From assembly GCF_009834535.1 (NCBI RefSeq), contig NC_045696.1, positions 34,660,001 to 34,724,000 on the forward strand: a stretch of 64,000 bases of DNA. The letters run 5' to 3'. The translations under genes and the position numbers were made by a program. Positions 52,237 through 64,000 of this stretch are shown here, piece by piece. This stretch comes from Camelus ferus. Its lineage: Eukaryota. Below the pieces are notes generated by a model. The model had not been told where the DNA came from, made no database searches, and saw only the letters and a program-made list of their open reading frames with translations. Numbering within the stretch: position 1 is the stretch's first letter; every line of letters starts with the position of its first letter.

Positions 52237-52706
52237 TGTTGACAAAAAAATTAGTCGATCTAAGAAAGAAAGGGAAAATTTTATTCGAGCCAAATTTGAG
52301 GCTTATAATCTGGTAAGAGCATCTCAGAAAGCTCTGAGAACTTTTCCTCCAGTTAGAAATCAAGGCACAGTTATACAAGTTTTTTGAGACAGAGGGCTGT
52401 ACATCAAATGATGTATTATTGACAGTTTATATAATCCAGATCTAAGCGTCATCCTGATGGGTCATGTGACCCCTTACAAGATCACGGAGGAATGTTATCT
52501 TTCAAGGAAGTGTCTTGTTGATGCCGGGAGAACGTTGCTCTTCATGGTTGAGCAGGTATTCCTGCCGATGGGGGAGGCTTGGTGGATGCCTGATACAGAT
52601 ACGCAGTGCACAGTGGGGGCCACCGAGAGAAGGCCGAAGGGCAGAGAAGAGTGTTTCATGTTTAAATTTTTCTTGTCTTGCTATCAAATATGAATTTTAT
52701 TTCACA
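52237..52706 (-). mobile_element. Solo ERV1-type LTR
   Basis: TG...CA ends, a minus-strand AATAAA near 52280, a 4-bp near-TSD ccag / ctag, and retained CpGs suggesting a relatively young insertion. Confidence 0.65.
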
Positions 52707-53084
52707 CTAGAATTTCTCTTTGCTTAAAATATATTCTTTTTTGTTTTTTTTTTTTTAAATCAATACCTATGGCTGACCAAGCTGCTTAGCAAATAGAGTT
52801 CTGCTTCCCATCCCCTTCTCCTTATACTGCCACTGGAAACTGGAAAAACCTAATTTCTCACTTTCCCAGGACCTCTTGTGATGAAGGGTCACTTTGGGAC
52901 ACAGTTCACAGACATAAATAGAGGTTTTTCTGGGAAGGATTTTACTGGTAGTGGCTCCTCCCTGTTCTTGCTTTCAATAGTGATACAATACCTGGTATGG
53001 TAACTATTCCATGAACTTGAGGTGTTAAATATGAGGGAAAAGCCCTGTGAACTACTAGGAATCTAGCCCCAGCAGCCACTTTCC

Positions 53085-53411
53085 TGACCTGTGGTCCAAT
53101 ACGATAGTCACTTAGCATCTGGCTAAGAGCACTTACACTGTGGCTAGTCTGAACTAAGATATACTGTTAGCATAAAATGCACACTGGATTTCAAAGGCTT
53201 ATGAAAAAATAAGAAGGAAAGTTATGTCAATATTTTTAATATTGATTGCATGTTAAAATGATAGTATGTTGGTTATACTGGGTTAAGTAAAATATATTAT
53301 TAAAATTAGCTTTACCTGTTTCATTTTACCTTTTTAATATGGCTACAAGAAACTTTGCTGTTACATAAGTGACCTGAATTTCTCACGTTGTATTTCTGTC
53401 GAACAACACTG
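53085..53411. mobile_element. MER33-like hAT-Charlie MITE, inside a MaLR remnant (about 52770-53500)
   Basis: 'ctgtggtccaata...tgtggctagtctgaactaagat...taaaatgcacactggatttcaaag...taaaatatattattaaaatta...tatttctgtcgaacaacactg'. Confidence 0.65.
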
Positions 53412-55409
53412 CCCTAGACTTTCTTGTACATGAGAAAGAAGTGTTAGGACAATAAAAGTCAGGCTGACCGAAACTTAAGTTTTGGTAGCACTTATCCTCA
53501 GTGTTACCAAATGCCATTTCCAATCAAGGAATATGGAGATCATGGAAGTCATTAGCTGAGTCTTTCCTACACACATGTAGATGTTATAGTTTTGATCAAA
53601 CCATACTACCAGCTCTGTCACTTTTGTGCTCATCCAGTACTATACCCTGGTTATTATTCCTTTTAAACAAATACACATTTTAAATAGTGAGACAGTACTG
53701 GGTGTTCATCTAGACGCAACTCTTTATTGTCTGTGGACATTGTGCAAATTATTTCCCTAATTTTAACAAACAAGGTTATTTCTGACTTGTAAGACTGTGT
53801 AAGGATTAAGTGATGAAATTTATGTGGCGTGGGTAACTCAGTGCCTGGGACTAGTTGTTGATTAAAGTATGGTAGCTCTTAGGATAAAAGGTAAATTTCA
53901 GTCTCAGAAGTGGTTGGATCAGTAAAGGAGTGAGTGGAGAGAGAGAGTTGTTAAGAAAAAGTGTGTGTTGGTTGCTGTATGCAGTGATAAAAGCCCGATA
54001 TAGAGACCCGGGAAGGCGCTGTACCGAAGCTGAGGCTCGAGCATCCACGGGAGGTCCTGCTGGAAGCCCTTCCCCCAGCCTCTGTTGCCACTGTTTCCAC
54101 TTTCTCTTCTCAAGGCCAATGAGCATTGAGAGTTGACTGAGAGTACAGCAAAGTGCTAGTAAGGAAGGGAAAAGCCATGCGATTATGAATTTACAGAAAA
54201 TGAGCCTGTTTGACTGATAGAATCTGCACAGTTTGACTTGCTTTTTGCTTGTTTTTCTAGAGTTTGTGCTGGCAAAAGTGTCTAGGAAGACAATTTTGCT
54301 ATTTTCTCAAATGTTTTAAAAGGGAAAGATCAGAGCAGTGAGAGCTGTACAGGAGTATTGATAACTGATACGGGGCAGGTGCTCTTGGAACCAAAAGGGA
54401 ATCCACAGAAAGACACTCATAATCATATAAATGCATTCTCTTCACCCGCCACACGTTCTATATGGGGCCCAAAAAACATCTAAATGGGTAGCAGTAACAC
54501 TGCTGAGAGCCATGATTTAATAAGAGAGTCAATGCAATTGCAGTCACTATTTCAAAAGTGACACAGTTAGGGGAGAGAAGGGTTTAAAATGGATTAAAAT
54601 TTAAACAATTCCCAATCAAATGAAAATGTTCTGGGAACAGTGCCAGAGAGTATTGTCAAATTGGTTTTAATATAAGCATTCTAAATTTAACAAGCTGGAA
54701 TTACTTGCTTTTTTTTTTTTTGAAATTACATGGGCAGATATACTGTATGGATATTTAAAATACAGTATTTATTCTTTAAAAAAAATCAAATCGCCTTGTT
54801 CTTGGTGGCTGAAGTGTCAGAGTATATATTCTATTTAGAATATAGAGTCATTGAATTTTAAGACGGGACAGAATCTTAGAGGTCTGTGAGAACAATTCTG
54901 TTGGGTACAATTCTGGGAATACAGTTTCTTGTTGATAGGGAAATGCATCTGGGGAAACTGAGGCTTGTCATCAGCAAATGAGTAGCAAAGACGGGCCTGG
55001 AACCCCGCCTGTTCATGACCCAGCCAGGACACCTGGCTTCCTCTTCACGAACACTGACAGGCCGCTACGGGCCTGCTTTCTGGACAAACACGTGGGCTCT
55101 TCTAACCTCCTGGGCGACAGATGTGCATTTTAACAAGGGCCTACAGGTAAAAGCTTAATCTAAAGTAGTGACAAAGATGGAAAACATCAAAAACCTTGCC
55201 AGAGGCTGGACAGGTCCCATGATGTTACCTACAATGGGGGGTGGGGATTTGGGTGGGTGTCTGGAAGTCGATTGAAGGCTGTATGACATGTCAGGTTCAC
55301 TTCATGCGCTGTCTTGGTAAGTAACTGAATGACCAAGGTTGAAAAAATAAAACTAGTCCAGTGCCCAGCATCTTTAGCATTGTCTTCCTATCACAGCTGT
55401 ATAATAAGA

Positions 55410-55463
55410 TGATGATAATAGTAGTAGTAGTAGAAGTATTAATAATAATAATAATAATAATAA
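55410..55463. repeat. Compound (GAT)/(GTA)/(AAT)n trinucleotide repeat
   Basis: Directly visible. Confidence 0.85.
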
Positions 55464-55569
55464 TGCCTCTTTCTCTCTTCTCCTTTTATATAAATAAAAA
55501 CTGGATTGTAAAGAAAGAGACACAGTTTGACAAGAACCACAAATTTTGTTAGCTCTAAGGATAAAGCAT

Positions 55570-55870
55570 TCTACGTGGCTGGCTGGCATGCGTAGGTTCT
55601 CAAACTTTCTTCTTCAGGTCCTGTTTCACAGTCGGCCCTAATTCCAGCTGGCGCTCATCCTCCAGATTGCAGCCAGAAAAGGAAACCAGAGTCAGCTGCG
55701 TGCTGACACCGTAGTGCACGCACTGGCTCACCCTACAGAGAAGCTGTGAGGTCCGTCCTCGGAGGTGCTGGGAGCGGCATCTCCCGCGCTCACCGAAGGC
55801 TAACGGCTTTGAGTTGCTGCAGCAGGGCGGGCGGGGTGGCAGGGGGAGGCTTGTTGTTGGCGGGACAGTG
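55570..55870. promoter_or_regulatory. Small CpG-enriched segment (candidate enhancer or alternative promoter)
   Basis: Local cluster of CpGs, tandem GGGCGG boxes and a G-quadruplex motif, in sequence I do not recognise as a repeat. Confidence 0.4.
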
Positions 55871-57509
55871 AGCAGTGCCCAGAACAGGGCAGAACTGGTT
55901 TTGTTGGCTACTGAAAAGCTAGCAGTGGGAGCAATGGAAATGGGGAAAATGGCGCACTGTTACAGGGGCAGGGGTACAAGACAGTTAGAGGGTGCCATCG
56001 GCTAATCTGAGTATCAAGTAGATTTTGGAAGTCTAGCAAAATACAGGAGGAGATAAGAAATAAGAGTATAAATTATAGACCTCATTTCTAATCTCAGGTG
56101 GCCAGAGCCTCTTCTCTGAAAAACTAAGAAACTAAGCCTTCTCCCCTGACTACTGAAATGGGGTGCTTACGAGGACCCAAGCAGTCTGTGCGTGTGTCTC
56201 TGTGAATGTGGCTGTAACACGTGAGTGTGTGAAAATGTGTGTACAATTTTTGTGTGCATGCTTATGGGTATTAGTGTGAGTATGTGTGAGAGTGTATGTG
56301 TGTAACAGTGAAGAGGACTCAGAAAAAAAAAAAATAGCTGGCTTTCCTCGCCCAGTGCATGTGGTGAATACATAGGCTGAGACACTTCTAAGTGGCTCTT
56401 GTTTAAAAACAAAGAAATCCGGATAGGAACCAAGATAAGAGGGAAATGTAGTGGCTGATGTCCCATGATTATTATTGTGATGAGAGTTTCACTTATTTAT
56501 TTATTTTTTACCTTTGAAGATAGGGAAGGCCTTTAGCTTATTTCTGTGTATCTGATGGTACCTAACGTGATGCCTTGTGTTATAGATATTTGGTCAAATA
56601 CATAAATTTATTCTTCCCATCACCATGTTCTTTTATTCCCAAAATCCTCAATTGTAACATCTGGTGTTGGCTTTTTGTTTCATCCACTGATTTGGTCACT
56701 AGGTGGGCCCTTTCAATTTCAAACTCCAATCCCTGAGTTCTGAGAAATTTTTTTAATCATTTTTTTAAAATCTCATTTTCTACAGCTTTTGATTTTTTTC
56801 TTTCTGGAGCTCTTACTGTTTGTTGAATCCCCTGTATTGATATTGTATTATTTGTAGCTCCTTTTCCTTATTTCCATAATTTTCCCCCTGCATTTCCTGA
56901 GAGATTCCTTAAACTCTATCTTTATGCGTATTTTAAAAATATTTTATTTCTCACATCCTACTTTTGAATGAGAGTTTTTTAAAATGTAGCGTTTTTTTTT
57001 TTTCTCTGAAGTGCTTTCTCAATTCAAAGATCTCTTCAATTTCTGAGGATATTCAGTATAGTTTATTTACATTTTCTCTGCTTTCTACTTTATTTCCAAT
57101 TTCTTCTTTTCTTTTATTAGAGGCTTTTCTCGAAATGTCAGGTGATCTTTGGCTGTCTGTTCATATTTGAGAGTAAGGCAGTAAAAAGCTGATTGGAAGC
57201 CATGTGTGTGTATATGTGTGTTGTGCCAAAGAGATCGTTTATTGAGTAACAGTATTTAATATATTGGGCTCAGCATGGACTCTCTCATTAAACTATTGGA
57301 CAATTTCATTGTCAAAAGTTTTTCTGTTTTTTGTTTTTCTTTTGATATAATCTGTTTCCTCAGAGAAGAATCCTCCAGCGTAATGTCGGAATTACGTAAG
57401 CCTGCTTTTCGTTGTTCTCAGTGCCAAGTGGGAGAAAGGGGTTTACAGGTCACCTCTTCATTTGCAGATCTTCACTTAATCACCTCATTTTCAGTGTGAT
57501 ATTCTGCCC

Positions 57510-57891
57510 TATCTTAGTTCAGGTTTCTATATCAAAAATACCACTGACTGGGTGGCTTAAACAACAAATACTTTTTGTCACAGTTCTGGAGGCTGGGAAG
57601 TCCAAGATCAAGGTCATGGCAGATCTGATGTCTGGTGAGGACCCACTTTCTGGCTTCTAGATAGCTGCCTTCTCTCCGTATCCTCCCATGGTGGGGAGTG
57701 ACAGAGAGGGAGAGAGAAAGAGAGAGAGAAATAATTTCTCTCAGTGTCTTCTTAGAAGGGCACTAATCCCATTTGTGAGGGCTCCACCCTCAGGACCTAT
57801 TACCTCCCAAAGGCCCTCCCTCCAAGTGCAATCATCTTGGGGATTAGACTTCAATATATGAATTTGCAGAAGGCACGTCTAGTCTGCAGCA
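57510..57891 (-). mobile_element. MaLR LTR (MLT1A0-like)
   Basis: 'tatcttagttcagg...gggtggcttaaacaaca...cacagttctggaggctgggaagtccaagatcaagg...gggcactaatccc...gagggctccaccctca'. Flanks are tgccc / caccc. Confidence 0.85.
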
Positions 57892-58434
57892 CACCCCCAG
57901 CAGTGCTTAGCGTTCTGCAGTGTCTGCTTCAGCTCCTCCGTAGAATACTTTTATGGTGGAAGAAGGTGGAAAAGGTTAGTCACCCAGCTGCAGGCAGAGG
58001 ACACAGGGAAAGAATCAGGGGTTCTGATGGGTGCCGCACATCTCTTCTTTGTGAGCTACCTGGCACCTCCCATTCCTGGGGCTCCCTGGGTTCTGTACAG
58101 CCAATCAGCTGGCATCTAAGACCACCTCCACACAGGCCTTGGTTTCTCTTTTCCTTCTCTGGTGTGCTGAATCAATCACAACTCATCTGTTTCCATATTT
58201 CAAAATTTTGTGAGTTGTCTTTTGTTCAATTTTCTTTTCCTTGGGATCACTACCATCTGCTGTGCTCTTCAAATTTCATAACTGTCCTTTCAGTAAACTG
58301 TGGTTAAAGAATAGAGTAAATATGTCTTTGATCAGCTGTGTTTTACTGGAATAGGTCCCAAAAATATGAAGTCTGGGGCAAATGCATGAAATATTTTAAG
58401 CTGTTGATACAAACTGGCATTTAAATTTTTAAAA

Positions 58435-61030
58435 AATTATTTTTAACAGCTTTGTTGAAGTGTAATTGATGTATAATAAACTGCACATGTTTAAAGTGTA
58501 CAGTTTCATTAGTTGTATCATATGTATATACTTGTGAAGCCATCATTACAATAAAATATTAAAGATATCCAACATCCCCCAAAGTTTTCTTGTATCCTTA
58601 GTGTGTTGTATCCATAGATTACTTTGGGAAGAATTGAAATCTTAACAATATTGAGTCATTTGTTGACCAAGGTATAGCTCTCCATTTATTTTGGTCCTTT
58701 AAAATTTCAGCAATGTTTTGAAGTTTGTAGTTTAAAAAGATCTTGCACCTTTTTTGTCAGATTTATTCCTAAATATATCATATTCACTTATTGTAAGTGG
58801 TGTTTAAAAGAAAGTCAGTTTCTTACTGTTAATTTCTAGTATATAGAAATATAATTGATTTTCAGTTTTGATGTTGTATTTGTATCCTGCAGCATTGCTA
58901 AACTCACTTATGATTCTTATGACTCTGTGAAAAAAAAAACAAACAGATTTACTTTATTTCCCCCAATCTGGATACCTGTTTTTTTTTTTTTTTCTCCTAA
59001 TTATGTTGGTCAGAACCTCCAGCCCCACACTGAATGGAGGTGGTGAGAGAATTCTTGTCTTCTTCCTGATATGAGGAAGGAAACGTTCAGTCTTTCACCA
59101 CTAAGTATGATGTTAGCTACAGGCTTTCCACAGATGCAGGTTATCAAATTGAAAACATTTTCTTTAAATCTGAGTTTTGTAAGAGTTTTAAAAGTTTTTA
59201 AATCAAGAATGAATGTTGAACTTAGTCAAATGCTTTTTTTTTTTTTTTTTTGGCAATAGAGTTAATCATATGGTTTTCTTTTTTAATTTGTTGATATGGC
59301 AAATTCAGTTGACTTCCAAAATTTAAAAAACTGCCTTGCATTATTGGATAAATCCTACTTGGATATAATGTATTATCTTTTTAATATGTTCTATTTGCTA
59401 AAATTTTGTTTAGAAAGTTTGTGTTTATGTTCATGAGGGGTATTTATCTGTCACTTTCTTTTCTTGTAATGTGTTTATCTTGATTTGATGTCTGAGTAAT
59501 ACTAGCCTCATAGCATGGATTAGGAAGCATTCCTTTCTTTTCAATTTTCTGGAAAAATTTGTGTAGGAATTGGGATTATTTCTTAAATGTTTGGTGACTA
59601 TCACCAGTAAATTCATTGGTGGCTATTTCTTGTTGAATGAGCATTTGCACTTTTTGTCTGAAAGAAATTGTTCATTTAAATTGTTGAATTTATAGGCATA
59701 AATCTTTTCATATGTATGTTTATAATATTGATATATTCCCCTATTATCTATTTAATATGGAATCTATAGTGATATTACGTTTCATTTTGAAAGTGGTAAT
59801 TTGTGTCTTCTTTTTTTTCTCCCAATAAGTCTAGCTAGAGTTTTGTCCATTTTATTGATTGCCTCAAAGAATCAGATGTTTTAAAAGACATTTTTTAGGG
59901 CAGTTTTAGATTTACAACAAATTGAGAGGAAGGTACAGAGATTTCCTATATACCCTGCCTCCACGCATGCATAGCCTCCCTCATTATAAACACCACTCAC
60001 CAGAATGGTGCTTTTTTTTTTTTAACCAAGGATGAACCTACATGGACACATCACGTCAAAATCACCCAAAGTTTATAGCTGACCTTAGGGTTCATTCTTG
60101 GTGTCACATATTCTATGGATTTGGATCAAGGTATAATGATAGATATCTACCATTATATCATACAGAATATTTTTACTGCCCTAAAAATACTCTGTGCTTT
60201 GTCTGTTCCTCCTGCCACCCAGTCCCTGACAACCAATGATCTTTTTATTGTCTTTATAATTTTGCCTTTTCCAGAATGTCATTTATTTGGAATCATACAG
60301 TATGTAACCTTTTCAGATTGTCTTCTTTCACTTAGTAAAATGTATTTAAATTTCCTCCATGTATTTTCATGGTTGATAAGCTCATTTCTTTTTTAGTGCT
60401 GAGTAATACTCCATTGTAACAAAGTCTATTTATCCATTCATCTTCTGAAGGACATCTTGGTTGCTTCCAAATTTTGATAATTAAGAATAAAGCTGCTATA
60501 AACATCCATGTGCAGGTTCTGTGTGGCCATAAGTTTTCAACTCCTTTGAATAAACACCAAGAAGTTCAATTGCTGGAACTTAAGGTAAAAGTATGTTTCA
60601 TTTTGTAAGAAACTGCCAAACTGTTTTCCAAAGAGGCTGCACCATTTTCATTCCCAGAAGCAATGAATGAGAATTCCTGTTGTTCTACATCCTTATCAGC
60701 ATTTGGTTTTGTCAGTTTCTGAATGTTGGCCATTTTAATAGGTGTGTAGTTGTATCTCGTTGTTTTAATTTTCATTTCTTTGATGACTTATGATGTAGAT
60801 CTTCTCTTTAAGAACTGGCTTTTGATTCTATTAATTTTCTCTCTTGACTTTCCATTTTTAAATTTTATTGATTTCTGCTGTGATCTTTATTATTTCCTTT
60901 CTTCTTACTTTGGATTTTATTTGTTGTTCTTTTTCTAGGTTCTTAAGATGGAGGCTGTTTACTGATTCAGGATTATGCTTCTTTTCTAATTCAGGCATTT
61001 AATGCTGACAGTTTCCTCTGAAGAATTTCT
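58435..61030 (-). mobile_element. Cluster of old L1 fragments, with a nested L1 3' end at about 59885-60805
   Basis: Reversed ORF2 motifs ('ttcagtctttcaccactaagtatgatgttagct', 'ttctggaaaaatttgtgtaggaattgg'). ORF 60566-60775 is an ORF2 C-terminal remnant. The L1MD/MC-type 3' UTR reads 'gcagttttagatttacaacaaattgagaggaaggtacagag'. Confidence 0.8.
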
Positions 61031-61969
61031 TTGGTGACATCTCACAAAGTCTAATTTTGATTTCTCACTTCACTACTTTTAAACATTCAAATTCCTTAGA
61101 CATTTTAAAGCACAAAAATATCTTGAATTTGTCTAGCACTTTACACTTTCCAGGATTAAAAAAAATTTTTTTTTACCTCATTTTACTCCCAGACTAAGTT
61201 AAAACAAGCCCTTACTGTATCCCCAAATGAGCGGTCAGCCATTTAGCAAGTATAGTGAATGCCATATTTTGTACTAGGTACTAGGGACATGGTAGCAACG
61301 AAACATCATCCCCTTTGTCAAAGAGTTTATCTTATTTTAGTGGAATAGGAATTTTAAAGATTAGATGTAGAAACACAGTGAAGTTAAGTGACTCCCTGAA
61401 GATCACATAGTTATATGTCTTAACCCCTAATCTTTCAACCATAATGTCAAGGTCTCTTTCTTATATCGTAACACCTTAGATTTTTAAAAAGTTAAGTATA
61501 AAATATAAGTGTTTTAATAAGACATATGCACATTATTAAAGCAGAGTCATATAAAGAACGCTCAATAAAGCTATAGACTATTGATTGCTCATGCCAATGT
61601 GAAATTAACTGTCTCTCATTATAGATTCAATGAGAAGAGATGTATTACAGTGTTAATACTACCTGATTGGAAAGAGGAAACTATTCTACCGACACATATC
61701 CATAGTTTTACTTTCTGGTTTTCAGTTTCCACACTAAAAAAAAAAATGAGGTTAGGTCAACTGAGTTTTCACGTCTCTTCTAACTTTTAGATACTCAGAA
61801 TTTAAGTTTTAAATATTTATTAAGTATTCATTACAGTGCTCTATTACAGATTCCAAATAAAGTAAGCCACAATACTTGTACTAAATCATCTACCTTAGGA
61901 AGCAAGAAATATATATATGAAATAGTTTAAAATGCCAACAGGAGTGATACAGACAATAATTATCTGGAA

Positions 61970-62181
61970 TAACTGGGGATAATTTTGCCTCCCATCAGGG
62001 ACATTTGACAATGTCTGGAGACAATTTTGCTTGTCACTACTAGGGTGCTGACTACTATGGGTAGAGTTACCGATAGAGTAGGAGCCAGGAAAGCTGCTAA
62101 ACATCCTGTAGTGCCCAGGTCAGCCTCCCCTACAAAAATTACCGGACCAAAACATCAGTAGTGTTGAGGTTGATTAACTGC
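61970..62181 (+). mobile_element. MER20
   Basis: 'ggggataattttgcctccc...gggacatttgacaatgtctggagacaatttt...gctgctaaacatcctg...cagtagtgttgaggttga'. Confidence 0.75.
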
Positions 62182-63183
62182 TCAAGAAATTAAGAGGAAA
62201 AACCATGATGGAAGGAAAGATCAGGAAAGTTTCATCGAGGAGCTGTGTTTTTCCATGAACTGCTAACATGGTTTCATCTGGAGAAACACAGCATAAACAA
62301 GGTTATGGAGAAGGGACTCAGCACTGTTTGTTTGGGGAGCTGTGAGAAACCCAGTGCAGTTGGAGTGGAGGGCTCACATGTCAGTGAGTGAGTGAGATCG
62401 ATGCTGTGTTGTGGAGAACCTCAAATGCCAGGGTGAAGATTTCTTACTTTATTTATTAGACAATGGGGAGCCATCCAATGGGAATACTTTAGCGTAAGCA
62501 TTGTTTTAGCTAGATGAGTCTGGCAGTGGTCTGAGGTCTGTGGAAGTGGAGAGCCTGGAAGACAATCCAGAAGTTATAACAGTTCAGGCTTGAGGTATTG
62601 AGTATTAATTCAAGCAGAACTTGCCTTAACCATGATGCTTGTACCAGATATCTTTGACTAAATGCAATTATAGATTAGGGTAGAGCATTCAGCCGTGGTA
62701 GTACTGAATTTTTACACAAATGCATACACGTAAAGTTTTAGTTTATAAGTGATGTGGGTTTTTTACACTGCAATTTTGCTCATGTGTTTATTTCAAGTAT
62801 GTTTGGTATGTTTAAAAAATTGTTATTTTGCTTCATAGGCTGAAGCAATAGAAAATTCTTATTTGAGAACATTAGCTTCTATCACTTTAATTTTGGGAAC
62901 TATATGTCCCTGGTCCCTCTGTCCCCTCTAGAGTAATGTTCCTTAAAAACTGGGTTCCATGACTTTCTGTACAAATACATTGATTTGTAAGTTTGCACCA
63001 TGTTTATTTCCACTTGCCAAGGCAAAAATAAACAACCACCAAAAAGTTTGCCCTCAGACTTTCAGTGGGAAGTGAGGTGAAAATATTAGGACATTTTTTC
63101 AATGCTTATAAGTTTTGTTATTGACTTTATATCAATAAGATCAGTGCAAGCAACCATTTTTCCTCCATTCTCTTGTTCCCCAG

Positions 63184-63307
63184 TGCTCTGATGGAACAAC
63201 TAACCCTAGTTATATCACTGTAATTAATGCATTCAAACTTACATTTGGACAATAGAATTGATCTTATGAAGCCTGGAAGAAGCAGTTTTGAGACCATCAC
63301 TGCGAAA
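63184..63307 (+). other. Candidate internal exon (124 nt)
   Basis: Long polypyrimidine acceptor 'ccatttttcctccattctcttgttccccag|' and donor 'AAA|gtaagt' in non-repeat sequence. Confidence 0.55.
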
Positions 63308-64000
63308 GTAAGTTGTTCTACTCAGTTTTCATAATCTCTTTGTTATACTCTGTTTGTAGCAGGACCTCAGTAAATATCAAAGACGTGAATGAAGAATTGA
63401 ATCAATCAAAGGTACCCAATATAGCATGGCAAAGATCCTGGAACTGAGTTCTGGCTTTGTCAACCATTAGCTTTTAGGAAAAAAAAAAAGAATTTTTGAA
63501 AATGGAAGAAAAAAGTAAATATTCTTCCTTCTTTACTTTTTCTCTTTCTCTTAGAAGAGACTTTCTAGGAAATTTTAATTTTAGTCAGTTGCTTTCAAAC
63601 ACTGGCTATTTTAATAATATTCATGACTGATTTAGATATATGTTTAAATCAGAGAAAAACTTGATAGTGAGTGATTTAATCTTTTAAATTGAATTTTTTT
63701 TTCATGGTAAATGTACCTTTTGGAAAGTTAGATAAACTATGAATTAACTTTTTATGAAGAAAATTATTGAAATGATTTATACAACTGAACTGCATGTACT
63801 GGATCTGTAAACTAGTTCAAGTAAAATTGCCACCCAGTGAACAATTTACTAATAACAAAATCCAATCAAGGAGATCATTCTATTGATGAGAACATAGTCT
63901 TACTCTGTGCTATGCATTGTACCAAGGGCTGAGAAGACAACCTTTCTACCAATAACCTGAGGAGAGGGAAGGAAGAAGACACATGTGTCAATGCATATGT

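Overview
Mammalian nuclear DNA, AT-rich and CpG-depleted, and most likely camelid (alpaca/llama/camel), because it carries several tRNA-derived Vic-1-like SINEs. Much of the window is decayed interspersed repeat: L1 fragments, L2/MIR, MaLR and ERV solo LTRs, hAT-Charlie MITEs and microsatellites. The one clear genic landmark is a CpG island at about 24.97-25.56 kb ending in a strong + strand splice donor (ATG|GTGAGT). It is a probable first exon, and two candidate downstream exons lie at 35276-35384 and 63184-63307. I cannot identify the gene. No six-frame ORF looks like a real cellular protein; the recognisable ones are L1 ORF2 remnants. I found no CRISPR array, rRNA, genuine tRNA or convincing novel biological system. 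The observations most worth checking are an internally deleted L1 with TSDs and a 13-bp hairpin at its deletion junction, a possible spliced 79-codon uORF, a CTCF motif carried by an LTR41-like element, and clusters of HNF4/E-box/nuclear-receptor motifs. Repeat subfamily names come from my recollection of consensus sequences and need RepeatMasker/Dfam confirmation.
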